From positions 28,510 to 92,509 of the forward strand of contig DUQB01000005.1 in NCBI GenBank assembly GCA_012838035.1: a stretch of 64,000 nucleotides of DNA, in the 5' to 3' direction. This DNA is from Bacillota bacterium. Its GTDB lineage: Bacteria; Bacillota; Limnochordia; DTU080. The translations under genes and the position numbers were made by a program. Positions 29,642-39,826 of the stretch are shown here, in pieces; position 1 is the stretch's first letter; each line of letters begins with the position of its first letter. A model generated the notes under the pieces. It was not told the DNA's origin. It made no database searches and saw only the letters and a list, made by a program, of their open reading frames with translations.

Positions 29642-31806
29642 TGCTGGAGCAGGTGGTAGCGGTGCCGGAGGTAGGGGTGCTGCTAAACAAAATTAAAGAT
29701 AGATTCTCATCTGCGGATTTGCAGATGATAGAACGAGCCTTCCAGTTTGCGCACCAAGCCCACCTGGGGCAAAAGCGCGATTCTGGCGAGGCTTTTTTAC
29801 AACACCCCTTTGAGGTCGCCTGCATGTTGGCGGACCTCGACCTTGACGCGGTCACAATTGCAGCCGGGCTGCTGCACGACGTGCTGGAAGATACTGAGAC
29901 GACGCAAGCTCAGTTGGAAAAGTTATTCGGTGCGGAAGTCACCCGTCTGGTCGACGGGGTCACCAAACTCACCCGTCTCCCCTTCAAGAGTAAAGAAGAG
30001 CAACAAATACAGAGCCTACGCAAAATGTTTCTGGCCATGGCCGACGACTTGCGCGTGATTTTGATCAAGCTGGTCGACCGCTTGCATAATATGCGCACGC
30101 TGAAGGCGCTACCACCGGAACGGCAAAAGAAAATCGCCCATGAAACTCTGGAAATCTACACGCCGTTGGCGCATCGTTTAGGCATGTGGTCTCTAAAATG
30201 GGAGATGGAGGATCTGGCGCTGCGGTTTTTGGAGCCGGAGCTGTACTATGAACTGGTGAACCGTATTGCCAAGAAGCGTAAGGAACGCGAAGGTGAAATT
30301 AACGAAGTCGTCTCAACCCTCAATGAGCAATTGGAAAAAACAGGTGTGGAAGTAGTGGAACTGCAAGGCAGACCGAAACACTTCTACAGCATTTATCAGA
30401 AGATGGAGCGAGGCAAGGATCTCTCGGAGATCTACGACCTTTTGGCAGTGCGTGTTATTACCAACTCCGTGAAAGACTGTTATGCCGTACTCGGTCTGGT
30501 ACACTCCCTTTGGAAGCCGATGCCCGGTCGGTTCAAAGATTATATAGCCATGCCCAAATCCAATTTGTATCAATCGTTGCACACAACGGTGATCGGACCG
30601 CGGGGCGAACCCTTTGAAATTCAGATCCGCACGGTAGAGATGCACCGTGTGGCGGAGCGGGGAATTGCCGCGCACTGGCTATACAAAGAGGGTCGTTCGG
30701 AAAAAGAGTTCGAGGATAAGGTCGCTTGGTTGCGACAACTTATAGAGTGGCTGCGGGAGATGAAAGATCCGCAGGACTTCATGGAGACGCTCAAGATTGA
30801 CCTTTTCGAAGACGAAGTGTTTGTTTTTACCCCTAAAGGTGATGTAAAAACACTGCCGGCAGGGTCTACGCCGGTGGATTTCGCGTTCGCCGTCCACACG
30901 GATATTGGCATGCGTTGTGTCGGCGCCAAGGTGAACGGACGTCTGGTCTCGCTGGATTATGAGTTGGTGACCGGAGATTTCGTGCAGATTCTCACCTCTA
31001 AAATAGTAGCGCCGCGGCAAGATTGGCTGAACTTCGTTAAAACATCTCGGGCTCGCAGTAAAATACGGGCGTACTTTAAGGAACAGCGGCGCGACGAAGC
31101 GATCGTGCGCGGTAAAGAGTTGCTTGAGAAGGAGTTCAAGCGGTTTGAACTGGACTCTAAAGAGTACTTACGCGGCGATAAGCCCCAGCCGGTTCTAAAA
31201 CGATACGGCTTTGTCAATCTCGATGACCTTTACGCCGGTGTGGGTTTCGGCATCGTGACCGCAACGCAAGTGCTTACACGTCTGCTGGGACGCAAAGAGT
31301 ACGAGGAGCGGCGGCGTGAACTGCGACAAGTGAAGCAGGTTCACCAACGCGCTCGACCGCAAAACGGTATTTTAGTGCGCGGCATGGAAAATCTGATGGT
31401 GCGTACATCGCGCTGCTGCAACCCGGTGCCTGGAGACCCCATTATTGGTTATATCACTCGCGGACGCGGCGTTTCCGTGCACCGTACCGATTGTCCCAAC
31501 GTCAAGGGGAATGACGAAACGGAACGTCGTATTGAGGTAAGCTGGAGCGATACCCCCGAAGGATCGTATCAGGTGGAAATCGAGGTTGAAGCGATTGATC
31601 GCATGAACCTGCTGACCAACATCATGAACACGGTTTCGGAGACTCGCACGAACATAGCCTCTGTGAATGCGCGCACGACCAAGAACAGAACGGCTAATGT
31701 CAGTCTGGTAGTCGATATTAAAGATGTGCCGCACATGGAAAGCGTGATGAATCGCATTCGCAAAGTGAACGGGGTACTAAGCGTGCATCGCGCGACGCCG
31801 ACCTAA
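29641..31806 (+). CDS. relA: Bifunctional (p)ppGpp synthetase/hydrolase RelA/SpoT (Rel)
   Basis: HD hydrolase (HPFEVACMLADLDLD...LLHDVLEDT), synthetase (YQSLHTTVIGPRGEPFEIQIRT), and TGS plus ACT C-terminal domains. 721 aa. Confidence 0.9.
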   Translation: MLEQVVAVPEVGVLLNKIKDRFSSADLQMIERAFQFAHQAHLGQKRDSGEAFLQHPFEVACMLADLDLDAVTIAAGLLHDVLEDTETTQAQLEKLFGAEVTRLVDGVTKLTRLPFKSKEEQQIQSLRKMFLAMADDLRVILIKLVDRLHNMRTLKALPPERQKKIAHETLEIYTPLAHRLGMWSLKWEMEDLALRFLEPELYYELVNRIAKKRKEREGEINEVVSTLNEQLEKTGVEVVELQGRPKHFYSIYQKMERGKDLSEIYDLLAVRVITNSVKDCYAVLGLVHSLWKPMPGRFKDYIAMPKSNLYQSLHTTVIGPRGEPFEIQIRTVEMHRVAERGIAAHWLYKEGRSEKEFEDKVAWLRQLIEWLREMKDPQDFMETLKIDLFEDEVFVFTPKGDVKTLPAGSTPVDFAFAVHTDIGMRCVGAKVNGRLVSLDYELVTGDFVQILTSKIVAPRQDWLNFVKTSRARSKIRAYFKEQRRDEAIVRGKELLEKEFKRFELDSKEYLRGDKPQPVLKRYGFVNLDDLYAGVGFGIVTATQVLTRLLGRKEYEERRRELRQVKQVHQRARPQNGILVRGMENLMVRTSRCCNPVPGDPIIGYITRGRGVSVHRTDCPNVKGNDETERRIEVSWSDTPEGSYQVEIEVEAIDRMNLLTNIMNTVSETRTNIASVNARTTKNRTANVSLVVDIKDVPHMESVMNRIRKVNGVLSVHRATPT

Positions 31807-31856
31807 AGTATTCTAAGCTTGAACGCACCGACGATTACAGGTACGCCCAGAGTCAG

Positions 31857-31881
31857 CCCTGCCGTAAGCCGGCGGGGTTTT
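31857..31881 (+). terminator. Probable rho-independent terminator after relA
   Basis: CCCTGCCG-taagc-CGGCGGGG with one wobble pair, followed by TTTT. Confidence 0.5.
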
Positions 31882-32087
31882 ATGATGCATAGAAGCGCAT
31901 GATGGTTTTTCTTACTTTTACCGTACTTTCGTCGTAATCGTGTCACTATGTCAATGTATGATGCAGCTAAGAGCGTATGCGTAGAACATGCGTCCTTCGG
32001 CGGCATTAGTTCGTGTTTACTTGTGTGCTTAGCGGCAGCTTTACTCTAAAATATATTTATCTGTTGTTTGGAGAGAGGTAGGGTTTC

Positions 32088-32567
32088 ATGCGCGTTTGTC
32101 TACAGAGAGTGACTCAAGCAAAAGTGTTGGTACGAGATGAGGATGGAAAAGAAGGTGACTGGCTAGTCGCCGACGAAATTAAGCATGGATTTGTTGCGCT
32201 TATTGGTGTTTCCGAAGGCGACACCGAGCAGGATGTCCGTGTCATGGCAGAGAAGGTTGGTACGTTACGCGTTTTTTCTGATTCCGCAGGCAAAATGAAT
32301 GCCTCCCTACTGGATGTAGAAGGCTCAATACTCGCCATTTCACAATTCACACTATATGCCGACTGTCGTAAGGGACGGCGGCCCAGTTTCACCGCGGCAG
32401 GTAACCCTGAGTCAGCTGAAAACCTATATCGGCAATTGATCGCTCAGTGGCGCGCCAAGGGTATTCCGGTGGGCGAAGGTCGGTTCGGGGCTCATATGCA
32501 GGTGGAATTGGTTAACGACGGGCCTGTAACCATACTGCTGGAAACACGGAAAGGCGCCATTGTGTAG
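32088..32567 (+). CDS. dtd: D-aminoacyl-tRNA deacylase
   Basis: MRVCLQRV...SQFTLYADCRKGRRPSF...NDGPVTILLE. The conserved SQFTL and NDGPVT motifs are present. 159 aa. Confidence 0.8.
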   Translation: MRVCLQRVTQAKVLVRDEDGKEGDWLVADEIKHGFVALIGVSEGDTEQDVRVMAEKVGTLRVFSDSAGKMNASLLDVEGSILAISQFTLYADCRKGRRPSFTAAGNPESAENLYRQLIAQWRAKGIPVGEGRFGAHMQVELVNDGPVTILLETRKGAIV

Positions 32568-33001
32568 AATCAGGGAAGTTGTACGCGTACCGTATGTGTC
32601 CCTAATGCCGATGCTGTTGGTAATCCTTCGCCTCGCGCAGGCTCGACATATCCGGCAAACAGCGTTTAACTGCGGACGAGTTGCTTGTAATGCGTGGTGG
32701 TGTCTCTAGTCAACGACCAATTGCTTTACGCGTACTCCAATGAGAATAAATGGAACCGGAAATAAGTAGGGAAAGCATAACCGCATTGCTGCCGGAGTCA
32801 GTATAGGGCTGTCGGAAAAGCTTTAGGCGGATTGGCGCAAACAAGGCGACGGCATGCTCACCGGCTGCGGCTTGTTGCTGGATAGGTGGTTTTGCATGTG
32901 GGCATTGTTACATAACAATTGAGGTCAATGCCATATCAGCGCGGCACGAATGTTACAGCGCCTGGCGAGGAAGGCTTTCCCAGCAATGACAGGCCTTTTC
33001 G

Positions 33002-33031
33002 TTGACATCGCTTCGTGCACTCTATTACAAT
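33002..33031 (+). promoter_or_regulatory. Sigma-A-type promoter for the PpiC-type isomerase gene
   Basis: TTGACA - 17/18 nt - TTACAAT, with a ~140-nt leader containing an AGTTGCT...AGCAACT hairpin. Confidence 0.55.
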
Positions 33032-33171
33032 GAGTTTGGCATTTCGAACCGGATGTTGAAAATTTCCAGATGAAGTTGCTACATCTTTGGTTCAAGAGCA
33101 ACTAGGTAACAAGGTGAACGGATGCGTGGTCCGTACGCCTATATATTTATATTGGAGGAGGCACCGCCCTC

Positions 33172-34626
33172 ATGATCTTTCAGAAGTTGCGCGGGAATAT
33201 GAAGATCGTTCTTTATGTAGTACTGGCTGCTTTCGTGATTAGTTTGCTGTACGTAGGTGGAGTACGGCTGTTTGATTCCGGCGGTAGGAGTAACGCTGTC
33301 GCGAAAGTCGCCGGTAAGGCGATCACTATTGAGGAGTTTAACAAGTCTTTTAACCAAAATTTAGCGTTCTACCAGCAGTATCAGGGCAGTGTCCCTCGCA
33401 GCGTGTATAACCAGTTACGATACGAAACACTGCAGCAGTTGATCAACCAGCAGCTGTTGTTGCAGCAGGTTAAAAAGGAGCGTATTAAGGTACCCAAGGC
33501 GGATGTCGACGCTGAACTTGAGACCATTAAAAGCGGCTTCCCCACCGAAGAAGATTATAGGGCGCAGTTGAGAATCAATAACATGACCGAGAAGCAGCTG
33601 CGAGAAATGATCAATGATAATCTGGCCGTTAATGCTCTGTTGGAAACGAAGTCGGCCTACGAGGTAACCGAAGAAGATGTCGTCAGAGCCTATGAGCAAG
33701 TAGAAGCCAGCCATATCCTCATTGAACCCGTAGGAGACGAGAGGAACTTCGAGTTGGCCAGAACGCTCGCCGAGAAGGTTTTAGCGGAAATTAAGGGCGG
33801 GAAAGACTTTGCTGAAGCGGCAAAGACATACTCTGCCGATCCTGGTTCCAAAGACAAAGGCGGCGAATTGGGTTACTTCACCAGAGACATGATGGTGAAA
33901 GAGTTCAGTGACGCCGCGTTTGCCCTACAGGTAGGCGAGATTAGCGAACCTGTCAAGAGCGATTATGGTTATCACATCATTAAAGTAACCGGCAAGAAGG
34001 AAGCCGCCGGCGAAGATTTTGAGAACCAGAAGGACACGCTCCGAACCACTTTACAGCAACAGAAGAGCGATCAGCAACTGCAAACTTGGTTTGAAGAAAT
34101 CCGCAGTAAAGCGAAAATTGAAATCTATGATCCGGTAATGCGGGCTATAGACTTCATGGCCGCTGGGTTGTATCCTCAAGCTGTTTCTCAGTACGAAGAA
34201 GCGGTTGAGGCCAATCCGTACGACCCTTATATCCGGCTGGAACTAGGGCAGTTGTACCAAGCTTTGGAAGACCCGGATCGTGCCTTGGCGGAATACAAGG
34301 CCGCCGCAGATCTCAACAGCAGCGACCCGGAGATCTATTTGATGCTCGGTTTGGCTTATATGGATCGTGAGATGAACGTAGAAGCGGCGGAGCAGTTCCG
34401 CAAGGCATCTAAACTTGACATGACCAACTTCCAGCTGCACCTGTCGCTGTTGCAGCTGTATACCCAGATGGGTCTGACCGAGGATGCCGCCAATGAGGAA
34501 GATATCCTCAACCAGATTCAGAAGGTATGGGAAGCGCAGCAGAAAGCAGCCCAAGCGCAAGCGGAAGCCCAAGCCGAGCTGCAGAAGAAGCTTGATGAAC
34601 AAAATCTAGCGCCAAGCGGCAACTAA
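33172..34626 (+). CDS. Membrane-anchored PpiC/parvulin-type peptidyl-prolyl isomerase (SurA/PrsA-like N-terminus, C-terminal TPR repeats and coiled coil)
   Basis: N-terminal TM helix. Parvulin core ASHILIEP...GGELGYFTRDMMVKEFSDAAFALQVGEISEPVKSDYGYHIIKV. TPR-like repeats (AVSQYEEAVEANPYD...) and a QAQAEAQAELQKKLDEQ tail. Confidence 0.7.
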   Translation: MIFQKLRGNMKIVLYVVLAAFVISLLYVGGVRLFDSGGRSNAVAKVAGKAITIEEFNKSFNQNLAFYQQYQGSVPRSVYNQLRYETLQQLINQQLLLQQVKKERIKVPKADVDAELETIKSGFPTEEDYRAQLRINNMTEKQLREMINDNLAVNALLETKSAYEVTEEDVVRAYEQVEASHILIEPVGDERNFELARTLAEKVLAEIKGGKDFAEAAKTYSADPGSKDKGGELGYFTRDMMVKEFSDAAFALQVGEISEPVKSDYGYHIIKVTGKKEAAGEDFENQKDTLRTTLQQQKSDQQLQTWFEEIRSKAKIEIYDPVMRAIDFMAAGLYPQAVSQYEEAVEANPYDPYIRLELGQLYQALEDPDRALAEYKAAADLNSSDPEIYLMLGLAYMDREMNVEAAEQFRKASKLDMTNFQLHLSLLQLYTQMGLTEDAANEEDILNQIQKVWEAQQKAAQAQAEAQAELQKKLDEQNLAPSGN

Positions 34627-34659
34627 ATCGGGTATAATAATAATATCGCGTTTGCGTCT

Positions 34660-34691
34660 CAGATGGCCCGCACACCAAAGCGGGCCATCTG
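34660..34691 (+). other. Perfect 10-bp stem-loop in the dtd-side gap upstream of hisS; terminator or leader hairpin
   Basis: GATGGCCCGC-acaccaaa-GCGGGCCATC with a weak U-tract. It lies downstream of a TATAATAATAAT tract. Confidence 0.35.
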
Positions 34692-34755
34692 TATAAGCCG
34701 ATACCAGGCTCATGCGAACGAAGGGCACTCTACATCACAGCCGGGAAGTGAAAGT

Positions 34756-36033
34756 ATGAAAATTAAAGCGCCTCGGGGAACGATTGACTTCCTCCCGGGG
34801 AGGATTGAGCTATGGCAGTATATACAAGAAGTGAGTCGCGAGGTCTTTAGCCGGTATGGCTATGCTGAAATCAATACGCCTATCTTCGAGTATACGGAGC
34901 TTTTCTTACGCGGCATCGGCGATACCACCGACGTTGTCAGTAAGCAGATGTATACTTTTACGGTGAAGGATGACAAGAGCTACACCTTACGACCTGAAGG
35001 TACGGCTTCCGTTGTGCGTTCGTATCTGGAGCACGGCTTGGGGGCCGCGCCGCAACCGGTAAAACTCTTTTACATAGGGCCTATCTTTCGTCACGAACGC
35101 CCCCAGAAAGGCCGGTATCGCCAATTCCATCAACTGGGCGCAGAGGCCATCGGCAGTCAGGATCCGGCCTTGGATGCGGAAATGATCGTCATGTCCATGG
35201 AGATTCTGCAAAAACTAGGTTTGGGCAACTTTCTCGTGAACATCAACAGCATTGGTTGTCCCGTGTGCCGTCCCACCTATCGCCAGGCTCTACGCGATCA
35301 TATCAGTCCGAGTTTGGCTAAAGTGTGTCCCACTTGTCAGGAACGCTTCGAAAAAAACCCCTTACGCATTCTGGACTGCAAAATTGCGGCATGCAAAGAG
35401 GTCGCGGACGGTGCGCCGAAGTCGATAGATTACCTGTGCCCGGAGTGCCAAACGCATTACGCGCAGGTTTGTGAGTACCTGGACGCGTTCAAAATCACTT
35501 ACCGGCAAAATGATCTGTTGGTAAGGGGACTCGATTACTATACCAAAACGGTATATGAAGTAGAAAGCCTCGATTTGGGCGCTCAGAGCGCGCTGTCGGG
35601 TGGTGGACGCTATGACGGTTTGGTTGCGGAACTGGGCGGTCCGGCTACGCCGGCTGTGGGTTTTGCCTCTGGTATGGAGCGCATTTTGCTTGTGCTGGAA
35701 GAACAGGGTATTAAATCGCCGCACTCCACCGCCGTGGATGTTTTTGTCATCTCCTTAGGCGACGCGGTGCGCACCCAGGCGTTGGTTATCACGCAGCAAC
35801 TGCGTCAAGCAGGATTAAAAGTAGAGACCGATTACTTAGGGCGCAGCATGAAGAGTCAAATGAAACAAGCCGACAGACTGGGCGCCAAGTATGTTCTCAT
35901 TTTAGGTGAGGATGAATTGGCTAAGGGCGTAGTGCAGGTGCGCGACATGCAAGACAGCGCCCAAACGGAAGTGCCCCTTTCCCAGGTGGTCGACCGGCTA
36001 AGCCAGAATGCTCAGCAGCCAGCAAAGGCGTAG
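34756..36033 (+). CDS. hisS: Histidine--tRNA ligase
   Basis: MKIKAPRGTIDFLPG..., class II motifs (FRHERPQKGRYRQFHQ, GGGRYDGL) and an anticodon-binding C-terminus. The ORF track's N-extension to 34663 was rejected. Confidence 0.9.
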   Translation: MKIKAPRGTIDFLPGRIELWQYIQEVSREVFSRYGYAEINTPIFEYTELFLRGIGDTTDVVSKQMYTFTVKDDKSYTLRPEGTASVVRSYLEHGLGAAPQPVKLFYIGPIFRHERPQKGRYRQFHQLGAEAIGSQDPALDAEMIVMSMEILQKLGLGNFLVNINSIGCPVCRPTYRQALRDHISPSLAKVCPTCQERFEKNPLRILDCKIAACKEVADGAPKSIDYLCPECQTHYAQVCEYLDAFKITYRQNDLLVRGLDYYTKTVYEVESLDLGAQSALSGGGRYDGLVAELGGPATPAVGFASGMERILLVLEEQGIKSPHSTAVDVFVISLGDAVRTQALVITQQLRQAGLKVETDYLGRSMKSQMKQADRLGAKYVLILGEDELAKGVVQVRDMQDSAQTEVPLSQVVDRLSQNAQQPAKA

Positions 36034-36189
36034 CCGCGCACTTCCCGTAACGCTTCTTCCCAATGCAAAACTGGTGAACGCATGAGGCCCGCCCTTGCGT
36101 CCGGATAGCCAAACTTATTATACTAAGCGCATGGCCCTTTTAGACATGCGCCGGGATCACCATATACTTTCTTAAGGAGGCTCTGATCA

Positions 36190-37986
36190 ATGGAGCAGAG
36201 CATGCGGAGCCACGCTTGTGGCGAGTTGCGACTAGAGCATGTAGGACAACGGGTGCAATTATCTGGTTGGGTAAATCGACGTCGTGATCACGGCGGACTC
36301 ATCTTCGTCGACCTGCGAGATCGCTGGGGCGTTGCTCAGGTGGTATTCAACCCTGAGGTCAGTATGGAGAGCTTTAAGGTGGCTGAGAGTCTGCGCAGTG
36401 AATATGTAATCACCGTAGAAGGTGAAGTGCGCCGTCGCCTACCGGGTATGGAAAACCCTAATTTGCTTACTGGTGAGGTTGAAGTTTACATCGACCGTAT
36501 CACCTTGCGCAACGAAGCCAAGACTCCGCCGTTTCAGCTTGATGATAGAGCCGACGAGGTTGACGAGATGCTCCGGTTGCGCTATCGCTACCTGGATTTG
36601 CGCAGGCAGAGCCTGCAAGAGACTCTGATATTACGCCACAAAGTTACCAAAGCCACACGCGACTACTTCGACAAACATAGCTTCTTAGAGATTGAGACGC
36701 CGATGTTGTCCAAGTCTACGCCGGAAGGTGCTCGCGACTATTTGGTCCCCAGTCGCGTACACCCAGGTGAGTTCTATGCTCTTCCTCAGTCGCCACAGAT
36801 TTATAAGCAGTTACTCATGGTCGGCGGATTAGAGCGTTACTTCCAGATCGTGCGTTGCTTCCGCGATGAAGATTTGCGTGCGGACAGGCAGCCTGAGTTC
36901 ACGCAAATTGACGTGGAGATGTCGTTTGTCGATGAGAACGACGTGATCACATTTATGGAAGGTCTTGTCGCCGATGTCTTCGCCAAGACGTTGGGTGTTG
37001 AGGTTACCGTGCCGATTCCGCGCATGAGCTATGCCGAGGCCATGAGCGCCTACGGCTCGGATAAACCCGACCTGCGCTTTGATTTGCCGTTGGTAGACAT
37101 CTCCGCTGTCGTCAAAGACTGCGGTTTTAAGGTGTTCACCGATGTTTTACGGCACGGCGGCCAAGTCAAGGCGATTAACGCCAAAGGTGCGGGTAAGTGG
37201 TCGCGACGGGAGATCGATCAACTTGTCGACGTAGTCACCCCTTATGGGGCTAAAGGTTTGGCTTGGATAGCTGTCGGCGAGGGGCTCGAGGTTCGCTCTG
37301 CTATAGCCAAGTTCCTGCAACCGGAGGAGATGGCGGCGCTATTGCAAACGATGCAGGCCGAACCGGACGATTTGATTTGTATTGTGGCGGATAAGCCGCA
37401 AATTGTCGCTGAATCGCTTGGGCGGCTCCGTTTGTATTTCGGAGACCGGCTAGGTCTCATTGACGACTCGCAGTTTAAGTTCGTCTGGGTGGTGGACTGG
37501 CCTTTGTTGGAGTATGATGAGGCGACCGGCAGATATTCGGCGGCGCATCATCCGTTTACGTCGCCGAAGGATGAGGACCTTGACTTATTAGAGACGGCGC
37601 CGGGTAAGGTGCGTGCCAAGGCATATGACTTAGTGCTTAACGGCGTGGAACTCGGCGGCGGCAGCATCCGTATCCACAACCGTTCCGTCCAGGAGCGCAT
37701 GTTTAGAGCCATAGGCCTCAGCGATGAGCAGGCTAGGGAGAAATTCGGATTCTTGTTAGAGGCGTTCGAGTACGGCACGCCGCCCCACGGAGGTATTGCC
37801 TTTGGCCTGGATCGTCTGATTATGCTGATGGCTAAACGCGATTCCATCCGCGACTGCATCGCCTTCCCCAAAACCCAAAACGCCGGCGATTTGATGATGC
37901 AGGCTCCAGGGCGGGTAGACGATGAACAATTACGGGAGTTACGCATTCGATTGGCGGCCGAAGCCAGAGTGGCCGGGCAATCTTAA
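36190..37986 (+). CDS. aspS: Aspartate--tRNA ligase
   Basis: [10 protein letters not shown]...[20 protein letters not shown], motif 2 [18 protein letters not shown], a GAD insertion and motif 3 [10 protein letters not shown]. 598 aa. Confidence 0.9.
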   Translation: MEQSMRSHACGELRLEHVGQRVQLSGWVNRRRDHGGLIFVDLRDRWGVAQVVFNPEVSMESFKVAESLRSEYVITVEGEVRRRLPGMENPNLLTGEVEVYIDRITLRNEAKTPPFQLDDRADEVDEMLRLRYRYLDLRRQSLQETLILRHKVTKATRDYFDKHSFLEIETPMLSKSTPEGARDYLVPSRVHPGEFYALPQSPQIYKQLLMVGGLERYFQIVRCFRDEDLRADRQPEFTQIDVEMSFVDENDVITFMEGLVADVFAKTLGVEVTVPIPRMSYAEAMSAYGSDKPDLRFDLPLVDISAVVKDCGFKVFTDVLRHGGQVKAINAKGAGKWSRREIDQLVDVVTPYGAKGLAWIAVGEGLEVRSAIAKFLQPEEMAALLQTMQAEPDDLICIVADKPQIVAESLGRLRLYFGDRLGLIDDSQFKFVWVVDWPLLEYDEATGRYSAAHHPFTSPKDEDLDLLETAPGKVRAKAYDLVLNGVELGGGSIRIHNRSVQERMFRAIGLSDEQAREKFGFLLEAFEYGTPPHGGIAFGLDRLIMLMAKRDSIRDCIAFPKTQNAGDLMMQAPGRVDDEQLRELRIRLAAEARVAGQS

Positions 37987-38020
37987 GCGATGGATGTTTA
38001 GTCGGATAAGATATGCAAAG

Positions 38021-38046
38021 GAGGCAGGAGCATGGGCTCCTGCCTC
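38021..38046. terminator. Shared, convergent terminator hairpin between aspS (+) and the holin-like gene (-)
   Basis: GAGGCAGGAGC-atgg-GCTCCTGCCTC, a perfect 11-bp stem. It is followed by TTGT on the + strand and by TCCTTTG on the - strand. Confidence 0.5.
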
Positions 38047-38056
38047 TTGTCGTGCG

Positions 38057-38335
38057 CTATTTCCTGAGGTACTTGCTGAGATCGTTGAGGACGCCGGCCC
38101 CGCGTGACAAAATGATCCCGGTAAGTGCATAATCAAGCTGGAGGTACGGCAGATCGATGCCGCACATGCCTAAAATGCCTGTGGCCGTGAGCGTACACAG
38201 CAAAGCGCCTATTACGCCGGCAACCAGAGTAGTGTACTTGTTCTTCTTGATAGAGGGAAAGAAGTTTTTGAAGAAGTTCGTGAGCACTTCAATGGTAAAC
38301 GCCAGAACCATCAAGTTGGTGAACGAGATCTCCAC
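38057..38335 (-). CDS. Small two-TM membrane protein resembling phage holins (phiLC3/Hol118-like); orphan, with no endolysin
   Basis: 92 aa, GTG start 5 nt after AAGGAGGTG. TM1 LMVLAFTIEVLTNFF, a basic loop SIKKNKY, then a Gly/Ala-rich TM2 LVAGVIGALLCTLTATGILG...LTGIILSRGAGVL and a charged C-terminus. The segment is locally AT-richer. Confidence 0.5.
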   Translation of the reverse strand: MEISFTNLMVLAFTIEVLTNFFKNFFPSIKKNKYTTLVAGVIGALLCTLTATGILGMCGIDLPYLQLDYALTGIILSRGAGVLNDLSKYLRK

Positions 38336-38481
38336 TTCCGCACCTCCTTATTTAAAGAAACGGCTTGCGCGTATGTACTCGCACTCAACAGCTATGCAAC
38401 ACAAATGCGGAGTAGAACTACATTAGGAGCGAGTAGAAATCAAGCCGTAGGTCAGATTACAGACTAGAAGGAGCCCTGACA

Positions 38482-39819
38482 TTGGATTTGTTCAGCAGCG
38501 CCGCACAAGCTGATGCGGAACGGCAAGCGCCTTTGGCTATGCGCATGCGACCGCGCAATTTCGCTGAGTATATCGGACAAGAGGAAATTGTAGGCCCCGG
38601 CAAGCTGCTGCGTCGCGCTATTGAGGCCGATCGCATCACGTCGTTGATCTTGTGGGGCCCTCCGGGTAGCGGCAAGACTACGCTGGCGCACATCATTGCT
38701 CAGCATACGCAGTCCCATTTTGAGCAGATCAACGCGGTTACTTCAGGCGTAGCGGATATCCGCCGGATTATCGAGGAAGCGCGCAAGCGGCGCGGCTATT
38801 ACGGCAAAAGAACCATTTTATTTATTGATGAAATCCACCGTTTTAACCGGAGTCAGCAGGATGCATTGCTGCCGGCGGTGGAAGAAGGTTTGCTGATTCT
38901 CGTGGGAGCTACCACGGAGAACCCGTTTTTTGAAGTGAACTCGCCGTTGCTTTCCCGCAGCCGCATATTCCAACTGCGCCGCCTACGTGCCGACGAAGTG
39001 ATTGCCATACTCCAACAGGCAATAAGCGATCCTGAACGCGGTTATGGCCGGCGTAGGCTGCAATTTCAACCAGGAGTGCTGGAGCATTGGGCAAACATTG
39101 CCGCCGGAGATGCCCGCACGGCGCTCAATGCCTTGGAGTTAGCCGTTGAGACCACGCAGCCGGCTGCCGACGGTACAATCGTCATTGACCTCCAAACGGC
39201 GGAGGATTCCATTCAGCAACGGGTATTGGCCTATGATAAAGCGGCCGATGAGCACTACGACACCATCAGCGCTTTTATTAAAAGCGTGCGCGGTTCCGAC
39301 CCGGATGCGGCTTTGTACTGGTTGGCGAAAATGATTCATGCCGGGGAGGATCCCAAGTTCATCATGCGCCGGTTATTGATTTTGGCCGCCGAAGATATCG
39401 GGTTAGGCGATCCCCAGGGATTGGTGGTAACCGCTGCCGGCGCACAGGCGCTGGAATGGTGCGGGCTGCCCGAAGCCCAGTATCATCTGGCTATGGTCAC
39501 CGTGTACTTGGCTACGGCCCCCAAAAGCAACTCCCTGTGCGCCTACTTCCAAGCGCTGGACGATATTAAGAAACAGGGACGCGCCGAAGTGCCTCAGCAC
39601 CTGCGAGACAGTAGTCGCGATGCCGCTCGCTTGGGTCACGGCCAGGGTTATCAGTATCCCCATGATGATCCGCAGCATTGGGTGCCGCAAGGTTATGGCC
39701 CGCCCGGCAGACCATTGCCGCATTACTACCAACCCGGTAACTTAGGTTATGAGGCGAAGGTGGCCGAATGGCTGGCGCAAATACGCAGTGGTCGAGCCCC
39801 CGGTTGGCAGCAGAGGTGA
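38482..39819 (+). CDS. rarA: Replication-associated recombination protein A (RarA/MgsA, AAA+ ATPase)
   Basis: Walker A LILWGPPGSGKTTLA, Walker B ILFIDEIHRFN, and a MgsA C-terminal domain. 445 aa. Confidence 0.85.
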   Translation: MDLFSSAAQADAERQAPLAMRMRPRNFAEYIGQEEIVGPGKLLRRAIEADRITSLILWGPPGSGKTTLAHIIAQHTQSHFEQINAVTSGVADIRRIIEEARKRRGYYGKRTILFIDEIHRFNRSQQDALLPAVEEGLLILVGATTENPFFEVNSPLLSRSRIFQLRRLRADEVIAILQQAISDPERGYGRRRLQFQPGVLEHWANIAAGDARTALNALELAVETTQPAADGTIVIDLQTAEDSIQQRVLAYDKAADEHYDTISAFIKSVRGSDPDAALYWLAKMIHAGEDPKFIMRRLLILAAEDIGLGDPQGLVVTAAGAQALEWCGLPEAQYHLAMVTVYLATAPKSNSLCAYFQALDDIKKQGRAEVPQHLRDSSRDAARLGHGQGYQYPHDDPQHWVPQGYGPPGRPLPHYYQPGNLGYEAKVAEWLAQIRSGRAPGWQQR

Positions 39820-39826
39820 GCGTGGA

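Noticed and set aside
33030-33110. tRNA-like GGTTCGAA T-loop motif on the minus strand
   Set aside because: There is no acceptor stem, D-arm or anticodon arm. The segment is the hairpin of the ppiC-type leader.
34627-34755. Expected T-box leader upstream of hisS; a similar expectation applied upstream of alaS at 45175-45332
   Set aside because: The non-coding leaders are only about 100-130 nt. They lack the GGUGGNACCGCG core and the specifier and antiterminator architecture. Only a simple hairpin (hisS) or a promoter (alaS) is present.
38057-38480. Possible prophage remnant around the holin-like gene
   Set aside because: Only a single holin-like ORF is present. There is no lysin, integrase, att-like repeats or other phage genes, and the flanking genes are intact housekeeping genes.
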